Assembly: GCF_001194135.2 (NCBI RefSeq)
Contig: NC_068983.1
Coordinates: 82,383,442-82,418,582 of the forward strand
Reading direction: 5' to 3'
From: Octopus bimaculoides
Lineage: Eukaryota
Length of the DNA: 35,141 bases
Each line of letters starts with the position of its first letter. Positions within the stretch are counted from its first letter, which is position 1. Shown one piece after another: positions 11,475-22,096 of this stretch. Below the pieces are notes generated by a model, which saw only the letters and a list, made by a program, of their open reading frames with translations, did not search any database and was not told the origin of the DNA. The position numbers were made by a program, and so were the translations under genes.

Positions 11475-12126
11475 ATCCGTCAGAAAGAGGACAGAGAAAT
11501 AAGAACCCACAGTATGGTAGAAGCCACAGCCACTCATAATAAAAAGAAATGCTGATGGAATGTCCCAGTGAAGACCTCAATAAAATGTAAGCACAACAGA
11601 CCTAAGATAATGATTTGGGATAGAGAAGAGCAACTGTGCACAGTCGTGGAAATTAGCTGCCCAGCGGATATTAGCATAAAGCTGAAGATCAGTGAAAAAG
11701 TGAATACCTACGCTGAACTATTGAGAAATCGGCAATTATTCTATCCAGATTGCAAGTTCAGGTTTATACCTGTAATTATTGGGGCCCTGGGATATTAACA
11801 CACTGCCTAAATACCGAACTTGAGAAATTAGGCTTCTCAAAACCAGAAAAGAGAAAGCTAATTCCAAGACTACAGATTGAATCCAACACTGGAACTGTAA
11901 AAATCTGTAAAACTTTCCAAAAATCTATCATTTAAATATCTATGAGCATGTCTAGATATGCAACTATATTTAGTAAGGCATACAAATCTGCACATATACG
12001 TACATACTTATATACATACAAACAAAAATACCCTGTTGTTGATGTTGAAATTTCCAAAGAAGGAGCCTTGGTTAGAAACTGGCTCTAACTCTATTGGCAA
12101 GAAATCTTGAAATAAAACTGAACAAT
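11475..12126 (+). mobile_element. 5'-truncated non-LTR retrotransposon with restriction-like endonuclease (R4/Dong-like); ORF relic 11475-11935 plus 3' UTR
   Basis: WNVPVKTSIKCKHNRPKIMIWDREEQLCTVVEISCPAD...KISEK..TY...FIPVIIGALGY matches the HNRPD...IE..CP.D...K...K..KY RLE motif, with the catalytic D replaced by K. One stop near 11550 and a 1-nt frameshift near 11796. Confidence 0.85.
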
Positions 12127-12469
12127 AACATATATACACACATACATAAATACCTACATTCATACATATAAACATGCATACACAAATACATACATAAACA
12201 TGTACATAGATACATACATATGTACATATATGTACGCACACACAAATGCATGCTCATATAAACACAGGGGAACACCCCTGCATGCATACATAAGTACAGA
12301 GAGCAGCTGCAAGACAACTGCCTGCCAAAATTTGCACTGTTTTTAGTATTGCCCCTCCTACTTTTCATCTCTCACCTACACTCAAGACCATTGTTCATCT
12401 CCATCCCACCTGACTAGCATCTTAACCTTGTCTTCTTCTTCTTCTTCTTCTTTTGCAAGGCATTTAATT

Positions 12470-13020
12470 AGAAGCAGAGACAGAAAGAGAGAAATGGAGC
12501 AGGGAAGGGGAAGAAGGAAGAAAGGAAAAGAGAGAAATTAATGTAAAAGTGAAAAATGAAGGAAGAAAGAGGAGTGAGGAAAGAAAAGGAAAGGAGAAAG
12601 AGAAAGTGTGCGAAAATAAGAGTGGGAAGGGGAGAGTGAAAGAGAAGAAAAAAGAGAAATGTGTGAAAGAGATAGAGAGATAGAGGGGGGAGCAGAGGTG
12701 AGAAATTGTGAAAGGGTGAGAGTGTGAGGAGACAAAAAGGAGAGAATTGTTTGAAAGAGAGAGGTGTGAAGAGAGAGAAACTGTATAGGAGAGAGACAGA
12801 GAAAGTGGAGGAGGAGGAGGAGGAGAGAAATAGTATTTAAGAAAGAAAGGTTGGCGGTTGATGTGTGAGAGGAAACAAATGGTATGAAAGAGAGAGAGAG
12901 ATGGAAAAGGAGAATTGTATGAGAGAGAGAGAGAGGAAAAGAAAGAGAAAGTGTGTGGAAGAGAGAACGTGACAGTGAGACAGTGGAGAAGGAGAGAGAC
13001 GAAGTGAGCAAGAGGGAGGT
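12470..13020 (+). repeat. ~550-bp polypurine (GA/GGA-rich) low-complexity tract
   Basis: Almost exclusively A/G with scattered T on the + strand; source of the S/L/F-rich pseudo-ORFs. Confidence 0.9.
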
Positions 13021-13345
13021 TGCTAAGAAAGGGTTTCTTGCTAACAAGAGATAATTCAAAAGAAGACAGCGTATAGTATTCAAAGGCGATATTTTCCCTC
13101 CATATCATTGACCATAATTAGGAGTATCCATTATACTTGAATAAATACAGTAATTTTTGAATGCCTTACGAAACCTTCACACAGGGAAATACTTAGTTTT
13201 AGGTAAACCAAGATATATACTTTAAAGCACACAGGCACCGTCTACATATATTGATCGTCTGTTGGTTTCAGTCTTTATAAAGGTATATTCTACTCAACTG
13301 AACATTGTAGATGTTTTAAATAGCGTTGGTGAAACAGAATGTATA

Positions 13346-13565
13346 TATTCTTTTATTCTTTTACATGTTTCAGTCATTTGACTGCAGCCGTGCTGGAACA
13401 CCGCCTCAAAGGGTTTTTAGTTGAACAAATTGACCCCAGGATTTATTTATTAAATCTAGTACTTAATCCCTCGGTCCCTTTTGCCGAACTGCAAGATTAC
13501 GGTGATGAGGTGGGGTGGGGGCAAACACGGATACAAAGACACACACACACACACACACACACACA
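13346..13565 (-). mobile_element. 3' half of SINE family B
   Basis: CAGTCATTTGACTGCAGCCGTGCTGGAACACCGCC matches the other family B tails. Confidence 0.7.
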
Positions 13566-13641
13566 TCAGGCTGAATAAAAAGTAAGCAACGTTTTGAAAT
13601 ATGTAATTCTTACATACACATATACATATATATATATTTAC

Positions 13642-13720
13642 CCATGGGCAATGGGAATAGCGCCATCGATGAGTATTAATTCTATCCGAAATGGGCCGGC
13701 CGATCTGTCGCCATCGCTTG
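13642..13720 (-). CDS. Candidate isolated 79-nt internal exon of an unidentified gene
   Basis: GC/CpG-rich unique segment; acceptor ATAACCTCCCCACAG|, donor GG|GTAAAT; open frame SDGDRSAGPFRIELILIDGAIPIAHG. No partner exons or homolog recognised. Confidence 0.22.
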
Positions 13721-13909
13721 CTGTGGGGAGGTTATCTCACTTGTGAGTGAATAAGAAATGTTCTGATGAACAGAAAATGATCTGTTCGTGGGTAAGGGTT
13801 ATTTTGACTCGTATTTCTAGCAATGCTGGTGCTAACTTGCACCCTTAGTCACTTTTAGTGATGATTGTATTTGTGCCTTTTGGTTTAAAATTGAGTCTAA
13901 CCACTTTAA

Positions 13910-13944
<35 letters not shown>

Positions 13945-14560
13945 NNNNNNNNNNNNNNNNNNNNNNNNNNNNNNNNNNNNNNNNNNNNNNNNNNNNNNNN
14001 NNNNNNNNNNNNNNNNNNNNNNNNNNNNNNNNNNNNNNNNNNNNNNNNNNNNNNNNNNNNNNNNNNNNNNNNNNNNNNNNNNNNNNNNNNNNNNNNNNNN
14101 NNNNNNNNNNNNNNNNNNNNNNNNNNNNNNNNNNNNNNNNNNNNNNNNNNNNNNNNNNNNNNNNNNNNNNNNNNNNNNNNNNNNNNNNNNNNNNNNNNNN
14201 NNNNNNNNNNNNNNNNNNNNNNNNNNNNNNNNNNNNNNNNNNNNNNNNNNNNNNNNNNNNNNNNNNNNNNNNNNNNNNNNNNNNNNNNNNNNNNNNNNNN
14301 NNNNNNNNNNNNNNNNNNNNNNNNNNNNNNNNNNNNNNNNNNNNNNNNNNNNNNNNNNNNNNNNNNNNNNNNNNNNNNNNNNNNNNNNNNNNNNNNNNNN
14401 NNNNNNNNNNNNNNNNNNNNNNNNNNNNNNNNAATGCTAATCCCTGTATATTTATGATGATAAATGGTTTTACCGATAAAGGTTTTTTCATACTGAACTA
14501 CTTGGCAAAATTGTTAATTGTTAATTCTATTATTAATTGACGATTCCCTGCCCTTATTCT

Positions 14561-14612
<52 letters not shown>

Positions 14613-14626
14613 AACACGCATATATA

Positions 14627-14817
14627 TCTTTTTATTCTTTCATTTGACTGTGGCCATGGTGGAGCACCGCCATTAGTCGAACAAATCGACCCTGGGACTT
14701 ATTCTTTGTCAGCCTAGTACTTATTTTATCGACCTCTTTTGCTAAACTGCTAAGTTACGGGGACGTAAACACACCAACATCGGTTGTCAAGCGATAGTGG
14801 GAGGACAAATACAAACG

Positions 14818-14851
<34 letters not shown>

Positions 14852-15012
14852 CGACGCGCTTTTTTTTTCGTTTCCGTCTGCCAAATCCACTCACAAGGTT
14901 TTGGTCGGCCCGAGGCTATAGTAGAAGACACTTGCCCAAGATGCCACGCAGTGGGACTGAACCCGGAACCATGTGGTTGGCAAGCTACTTACCACACGGA
15001 CAATCCCGCGCC
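14627..15012 (-). mobile_element. Full-length bipartite SINE family B with internal (TA)n
   Basis: Colinear with the 16971, 18850 and 24567 copies; tRNA-like head with GGTTCAGTCCC B-box-like motif. Confidence 0.9.
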
Positions 15013-15178
15013 TAATATATATTGTTGATATCATTATAATTTTTCATAAACATGAGCATTTCAGAATATTGGATCTCGAAGGAAATAAAATACCGGGATG
15101 AAAAATTCTTTGTATAAATATTCTTTATTTGCTTCGAGATGCAACATTTCAAAATACACATATGTATATTTATATACG

Positions 15179-15223
<45 letters not shown>

Positions 15224-15254
15224 ACATATGTATATATTTGATACTGATTATATA

Positions 15255-15483
15255 CATTTTAAAATATGTGCATTTGTGTAAAATATTCATACAGCCTGCA
15301 TATTCCGTAGAGTGTCCTCATGCTACTACCTTGTATGTAGTTTGTATGGAGGCTTATACCAAGTGAGATTTCTTTTTCGGCTTTCATGTATACCAATACT
15401 TCTCCAATTCGGCCAAAGTTATTCCTGTTATCCTTGATCTTACTATTAAAATTTAAACCCTCATCTTTATGAACCTGTATCAC
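15255..15483 (-). mobile_element. Ancient RTE/BovB-like RT C-terminal relic
   Basis: NSKIKDNRNNFGRIGEV...GISLHT...TLYG resembles the RTE pattern NRISKAS.AFGRL...GISL.TKLKVY...LLYG. Confidence 0.55.
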
Positions 15484-16319
15484 CTACTGATTGTTAGTAT
15501 TACAATCATTGAATTTGTAATTGATATTACATACATACACAAACATACATAGATACATATGTACGCATGCACACATTTACATACATACATACATTCCATT
15601 AAGATTTGGCCTTTCATTCTCCATCTGGTTAGATGACGTAGTCACCGCAAGATAATATGATGCGCCGGATTAAAATTAACTCAAACATATCTTCGTTGTT
15701 ATATATTCGAAATATTTGTATTCTGCAGCATTTTATTCACAGATACATTGCTGCCATAGCACTTATTAATTTAATTAATTTAGATTTTTTTTTTATGAAG
15801 CCCTCTCAGTGAAAAATATCTCGTTTTTAGATGAGTTGTGATGAACCGTGTTGTACATGTGCTTCGTATTACATCCACCATACCTACCTATCTATATGCA
15901 TACATACGCATACTTACACACACATACACACAAACACGTACACGCAAAGATAGATGGATGTGTGTATGTATGTGTGTACGTACGGGCGAGTTAGCAGAGT
16001 TATTATGGTTTCTGATTGAATATCTTGCACGTAAATCATGCAAGCATGGCAAAACGGACATAAAAATGGCGGTGGTAATATCGTTGTGATGTATAACATT
16101 TAATTTGCGTTTCACTTGCGTATTATGTTCATGTTAATTTTCTGTCTACAGGTCTCCTCCACTCTGCGTTACCCTGTCTTCTGTCACTCAACCTCTCACC
16201 TATCACATGCATATCACCCGGCTGTTGAACAAGGGTTGGAACTGGATATCTGTATTCAATTGTCCCTTGTATCCTCATCATCTTACTGCTCTCTCATCAT
16301 GCTGCCTGCGTAACAAGGA

Positions 16320-16650
16320 ATGGCACTCTACTATTACTCTCTCTATCTCTTTCTCTCCATCCAAGCACTTATAAACATCACACAGTCTCTCTCTCTCTCT
16401 CTCTTACCATCAACCATCTTTTATTGCTTCATATCACTCTCTCACATATCACACCCTTCTCTATCACTAGTTGTTCACATCAATCACGCTACCTCCCATC
16501 ATTCCCAATTCCATTCCTCTTTTCATCGTCATTCTATCTCCCTTCTACTGCCCTCTCCCTCATGTGTCTCTTCTAGTCCTGCCTGCCTGTCTGTCTACCT
16601 CACTCTGTCTCACTGTTTGTCTGTCTGACTGCCTCTTCTATTCACATTCT
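16320..16650 (+). repeat. CT-rich low-complexity tract
   Basis: Direct reading. Confidence 0.8.
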
Positions 16651-16970
16651 TCGTCATACTGCACTGAACATCAGTGAAAAAATTGGAGTAAAGATAGAAC
16701 ATTAGCCTTGTCAAGGACAAGACAAACTCTCAAGAGTTGGTGCCATGATAAATGCACTTAACACGCTATAAAGTGGTAGGCCAAAGGAAACAATATTTGT
16801 TAGAGAAAGCTTTTTAGTTTGCTGTGAGGAGAAGCCAAACCATATTTGGTTTGTCACGGTAAAATGTAGACACTATAACCTGTAAAATGGATGGTATTAG
16901 TAAGGCATTCAATCGTAGAAACCATGTCAATAGGAAATGTGAGAGTGGGATATAGTCACCAACCCACCTC

Positions 16971-17364
16971 AGAGTGCAGTGCGGTAAGAAACCTCCTTCC
17001 CAGCCACATGGTTCCGGGTTCAGTCCCACTGCGTTGCACCTTGGGAAAGTGTCTTCAACTATAGCCTTGGACCGACCAAAGTCTTGTGAGTGGATTTGGT
17101 TGATGGAAACTGAAAGAAGCCTATCGCATATATGAGTGTGTGTATTTATTTGTATGTGCGTGTGTGTGTGTGTGAGTTTGTACCCCCACCATTGCTTGAC
17201 AACCGATGTTGGTGTGTTTACGTCCGTATCTTAGCGGTTCAGCAAAAGATACTGATAGAATAAGTACTAGGCTTACAAAAGAATAAGTCCTGGTGTCGTT
17301 TTCTCCGACTAAAGGTAGTGCTCCAGCATGGCCACACTCAGATGTCTGAAACAAATAAAAAGAT
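16971..17364 (+). mobile_element. Full-length SINE family B with internal (TG)n-rich tract
   Basis: Colinear with the other family B copies. Confidence 0.9.
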
Positions 17365-17526
17365 TTTAATATTTAGAAATAAAAGAAAAATAACTGACTC
17401 AGACTACGACGACCTGTCCAATCCAAAAGTCGTGAAGGTATGATGATGGTGATAATGATGATGAGGAGGATGGTTGTGTAGGGGTGGATGTGTACATGAA
17501 CACATGTGTACATGAGTGTGACACAT

Positions 17527-17575
<49 letters not shown>

Positions 17576-18186
17576 TATACACTTTAGATAGTAAAAATTA
17601 GATTCAGTCTTTCTAATCTGAGGAACCAACTGCACGTTGGGGAAACTCCAGAATAACAGGCAACTGTTACTATACAATACTGAGCACCTTTTCTCCTGTT
17701 CGTTAAAAACTAACACGTGCACGTGCTCGTATGTATATATGGAGAGAAAGAGAGAGATCTTACAAGTACACACATACGCATATAAATACACATACTCACA
17801 TAGAGAGGAATTTCAATCCATGTTGAATTGAATGTCTCCATGTTTTATGAATCAAATGCTAATTATTCTAAATGAGCTCTGTTTTATTTTGACCTCATTA
17901 ATCACTAATTAGCAAGTTATATTCCTCAATAAACAGAAACGGTTATACCATAAAAATTGTATTATTATATTAATTTGTTGTTTTTAACATTCTCAGATGA
18001 CAACGCTGTTCTTTTAAAGGAGACAGTCTTTAATAACGTTTGCTGTTGAGTCTGTAAAGCACATTCCACCGATAACCCTGATTAAACAGACTTGTCCCCA
18101 TTCAAATATAAGTCAATAATGGATTGTTTTGATACGTCGCAAAATTAGCATCTTCGAGAAGGAGAAATAATTCGTTTTTAGGGACG

Positions 18187-18416
18187 GTGAATCTCGAAGT
18201 GAATAAAGCTATCAATAATAGCATGTAAATAGCGGGTTAAAAGCATCTTGGACAAAAGGGTCGAAGGTTGCTTGTGGACAATGTTAGAACGTCTGTTGTG
18301 TTTACAGGAGATGTAGGTTCAGTCCCACTTACAACTATTGACCTTTTCCAGCCAAAAAGTTTTAAACCCAATATTTACATGCTATTATTTATAGCTCTAT
18401 TTGCTTTGAGGTACAT
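18187..18416. repeat. Long imperfect inverted repeat (fold-back; probable decayed palindromic MITE)
   Basis: ~90-bp arms with a perfect 18-bp core, 18214-18231 against 18372-18389. Confidence 0.8.
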
Positions 18417-18585
18417 TTATATTCATTTATCGAAGCACTTTTGGGATCCTTGTGGTTTGAGTTACTGCATGTCGAAATCTTTAGAAAAAAATGTTTAATC
18501 TAACATATAGACGTAATTTGTGACGTTGAATCCGAATTTGTTATTCGTTTATTCCAGAAAAACTTTTGCGAAAATCTTACAGGTG

Positions 18586-18848
18586 TTCAAAGTTTGATCG
18601 TCTTCAGAATTTTCAGCCAATCAGAAAACAGCGCACTCGCTCCCTCTTCCATCATGTCACAGTAGCGAGAAGGTGGGGGAGGCGAGACGCCGGCCCGTCA
18701 ATTATGGAACACGTGTGAGTTACACTTCTCGGTTACTATGGAAACAGTTTTTTTTTTGTGTGCTTACAATGCTAATAGAACTTCACGGTGAGGTGTAAAA
18801 TACTCGCTTCTGATTGGCTAAAATACCCAATTCTTTTCAAACTTTAAA
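18586..18848. mobile_element. MITE-like element with ~40-bp imperfect TIRs and CpG-rich interior
   Basis: TTCAAAGTTTGA...AGCCAATCAGAA (18586-18626) is inverted with TTCTGATTGGCT...TCAAACTTTAAA (18808-18848). Confidence 0.5.
18615..18819. promoter_or_regulatory. Cluster of promoter-type motifs: two inverted CCAAT boxes, an E-box and an RFX X-box
   Basis: AGCCAATCAG 18615-18624; CACGTG 18710-18715; GTTACTATGGAAAC 18732-18745; CTGATTGGCT 18810-18819. Function untested. Confidence 0.35.
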
Positions 18849-18849
18849 A

Positions 18850-19229
18850 GGCGTAGGAGTGGCTGTGTGGTAAGTAGCTTCACTGCGTGGCACCTTGGGC
18901 AAGTGTCTTCTACTATAGCCTCGGGCCGACCGAAGCCTTGTGAGTGGATTTGGTAGACGGAAACTGAAAGAAGCCCGTCGTATATATGTATATATATATA
19001 TGTATGTGTGTGTATATGTTTGTGTGTCTCTGTCCCCCCAACATCGCTTGACAACCGATGATGGTGTGTTTACGTTCCCGTAACTTAGCGGTTCGGCTAA
19101 AGAGACCGATAGAATAAGTACTAGGCTTCCAAAGAATAAGTCCTGGGGTCGATTAGCTCGACTAAAAGGCGGGGCTCCAGCATGACCACAGTCAAATGAC
19201 TGAAACAAGTAAAAGAGAGTAAAAGAGTA
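18850..19229 (+). mobile_element. Young SINE family B copy with ~30-nt deletion in the head (B-box lost)
   Basis: CpG-rich; GTAGCTT joins directly to CACTGCGTGG where other copies have ACCACATGGTTCCGGGTTCAGTCC. Confidence 0.9.
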
Positions 19230-19605
19230 ATGAGTTTTTAATTATAAGTTTACAGAAAAAATGATTTTCATGTTCATAATTAGTATACAAAACTTAATCC
19301 ATATACCAAATTTGAAAACAATTGGAACAAAACTGTAGATAGGGATTCAAACCACAAGGATCCCACTTTTGTCTTCAGAAAAGAGTTAGGAAACCTAAAA
19401 TTTCTTGGTTTGGTTTAGCGGCTAGTTGAAAAGTAATTGACTGATTGGAGACAGAAATAAGATGCTTCGAAAAAGAAAGCAACATTTAAGTAGTAAGATA
19501 ATAAAACAAACTCTACTAAATGACAGAGAAGTCTCAAAAGTGAGTGGAAATACGTGATTAACTCTGATCTCCTGTGTATGCATGTGTACGTGGTACATGT
19601 GTGTA

Positions 19606-19638
<33 letters not shown>

Positions 19639-19662
19639 CTAAGCATGTGTCTGTATGTGTGC

Positions 19663-19703
<41 letters not shown>

Positions 19704-19778
19704 TACATATGTATGCACGTATGTATGTGTATATATATATATATNNNNNNNNNNCACATACATATGTATGCACGTATG

Positions 19779-19809
<31 letters not shown>

Positions 19810-19860
19810 TTGCGCGTGCATGTACGTGTGTCTATGCGTATTTTTGTACGTACATGTAAA

Positions 19861-19989
19861 GGCGCGTGGCTTAGTAGTTAGGGTGTTCGACTTATGATCG
19901 TAAGATCGAGAGCTCGAATCCTAGCGGCCCAAGTGGTGCTCCAGCATGACTGCAATTGCGTGTCTGAGACGCGTAAAAGAAATAAAAGA
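19861..19989 (+). mobile_element. Short chimeric SINE: family C tRNA head fused to family B tail
   Basis: A-box TGGCTTAGTAG 19867-19877, B-box-like GCTCGAATCC 19912-19921, then GTGGTGCTCCAGCATGAC...TAAAAGAAATAAAAGA. Confidence 0.7.
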
Positions 19990-20015
19990 TGTATGTATGT
20001 ATGTATTTATATGTT

Positions 20016-20246
20016 ATTTCTTTACTACCCACAAGGGGCTGCACACAGAGGGGACAAACAAGGACAGACAAACGAATTAAGTCGATAATACCGACCCCAG
20101 TGCGTAACTGGTACTTATTTAATCGACCCCGAAAGGATGAGAGGCAAAGTCGACCTCGGCGGAATTTGAACTCAGAACGTAGCGGCAGACGAAATACCGC
20201 TAAGCATTTCGCCTGGCGCGCTAACGTTTCTGCCAGCTCGCCGCCT
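20016..20246 (-). mobile_element. Young full-length SINE family A
   Basis: Minus-strand GGCGGCGAGCTGGCAGAAACGTTAGC...GAGTTCAAATTCCGCCGAGGTCGAC; CpGs retained; tail CCCCTTGTGGGTAGTAAAGAAAT. Confidence 0.9.
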
Positions 20247-20342
20247 TTATGTGTGTATGTATGTATGTATGTATGTATGTATGTGTGTGTGTGTATGTAT
20301 GTATGTATGAGAGTCAACGGCCATCCAATGTGTGTGTAATTA

Positions 20343-21927
20343 CTGTGGGGGTCAAAAGTGTTTGCAAATTGTATATATTGATAAATTTATGCTTCAATAT
20401 TTTCCAATATAATAACTATGTTACTCATTGTTCGATATGCAAATATATAAAGTAAATTCCTAGAGACGGAATCCAAATAATCATATTCTGGGGGGAAAAT
20501 ATGGATTTTTAAAAAAATTCAGGAAGAAATATGGGCCAAAAGAGTTTGCAAGACTCATTTATTCGAAATAAATAACATNNNNNNNNNNNNNNNNNNNNNN
20601 NNNNNNNNNNNNNNNNNNNNNNNNNNNNNNNNNNNNNNNNNNNNNNNNNNNNNNNNNNNNNNNNNNNNNNNNNNNNNNNNNNNNNNNNNNNNNNNNNNNN
20701 NNNNNNNNNNNNNNNNNNNNNNNNNNNNNNNNNNNNNNNNNNNNNNNNNNNNNNNNNNNNNNNNNNNNNNNNNNNNNNNNNNNNNNNNNNNNNNNNNNNN
20801 NNNNNNNNNNNNNNNNNNNNNNNNNNNNNNNNNNNNNNNNNNNNNNNNNNNNNNNNNNNNNNNNNNNNNNNNNNNNNNNNNNNNNNNNNNNNNNNNNNNN
20901 NNNNNNNNNNNNNNNNNNNNNNNNNNNNNNNNNNNNNNNNNNNNNNNNNNNNNNNNNNNNNNNNNNNNNNNNNNNNNNNNNNNNNNNNNNNNNNNNNNNN
21001 NNNNNNNNNNNNNNNNNNNNNNNNNNNNNNNNNNNNNNNNNNNNNNNNNNNNNNNNNNNNNNNNNNNNNNNNNNNNNNNNNNNNNNNNNNNNNNNNNNNN
21101 NNNNNNNNNNNNNNNNNNNNNNNNNNNNNNNNNNNNNNNNNNNNNNNNNNNNNNNNNNNNNNNNNNNNNNNNNNNNNNNNNNNNNNNNNNNNNNNNNNNN
21201 NNNNNNNNNNNNNNNNNNNNNNNNNNNNNNNNNNNNNNNNNNNNNNNNNNNNNNNNNNNNNNNNNNNNNNNNNNNNNNNNNNNNNNNNNNNNNNNNNNNN
21301 NNNNNNNNNNNNNNNNNNNNNNNNNNNNNNNNNNNNNNNNNNNNNNNNNNNNNNNNNNNNNNNNNNNNNNNNNNNNNNNNNNNNNNNNNNNNNNNNNNNN
21401 NNNNNNNNNNNNNNNNNNNNNNNNNNNNNNNNNNNNNNNNNNNNNNNNNNNNNNNNNNNNNNNNNNNNNNNNNNNNNNNNNNNNNNNNNNNNNNNNGCTA
21501 GCACACTCCTCTTGATTTTTCTAAAATCTCGTGGTGAAGTCACCTTTGGTCTGCCACTTTTGTGCTTTTTTCTTCCATCTTTGCCGTCAATGACGAAACG
21601 TTTCACAGTTCGATGATCTCGTTTCAAAATTTTTGAAATTTCTAATGTAGACTTCTTTGTAGCAAGTAATTTAACAATTTCACCCTTCTCGCTATCTGTC
21701 AACATCTTTCCTTTAGCCATTATTAATAAATTTATGTTACCTGCATAAACTTTTGGCTCACCTGAAAAGAGGAAAATGTTTAACAATTATTAAATTCTGG
21801 GTTTTTTCGTAAAATGTAGTAATGAAAAAAAAAACAGAATGGCAACCAGCAAATGATGGAAGAGGTGAAACTAAAAAATAAAGAAATTGAGAAAAAATAG
21901 GTCTGCAAATTCTTTTGTCCCCCACAG
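20343..21927 (-). mobile_element. Full-length-sized Tc1-like DNA transposon with both TIRs and TA target duplication; interior gapped
   Basis: TA|CTGTGGGGGTCAAAAGTGTTTGCAAA at 20341 and TCTGCAAATTCTTTTGTCCCCCACAG|TA ending at 21929 (22/26 identity); span 1585 bp including 918 N. Confidence 0.9.
21497..21720 (-). CDS. Tc1-like transposase, N-terminal HTH region (remainder in gap)
   Basis: MAKGKMLTDSEKGEIVKLL...EISKILKRDHRTVKRFV...KSGRPKVTSPRD: paired-like HTH plus GRPK motif; open until the gap. Confidence 0.85.
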
Positions 21928-22096
21928 TATGTATTTACTATATATCCTCATTTTTCTTACTAATTTTATATATTGTATATTTTTATAGTTTGCTCATTAT
22001 ATATATTTTTATGTATTCCATATCGTATATTTTATGTATATGTTGTTTATCAATATTTTTTATATATCATGCGTGTTTTTTTTTCTTCCTTATATT

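Noticed and set aside
12464-13108. 214-aa and 181-aa S/L/F-rich ORFs
   Set aside because: Stop-free only because they read the complement of the purine tract.
13764-13792. CTGATGA followed by a hairpin; similar partial matches at ~194, ~329, ~26014, ~28724 and ~32689
   Set aside because: No GAAA strand after the stem and no helix I, so not hammerheads.
15330-15483. Exon-like minus ORF with a TACTAAC branch-point match
   Set aside because: The peptide follows the RTE RT C-terminal pattern (FGR...GISL.T...LYG), so a LINE relic explains it better.
19700-19799. 45-bp sequence duplicated on both sides of a 10-N gap
   Set aside because: Typical scaffolding artefact from overlapping contig ends.
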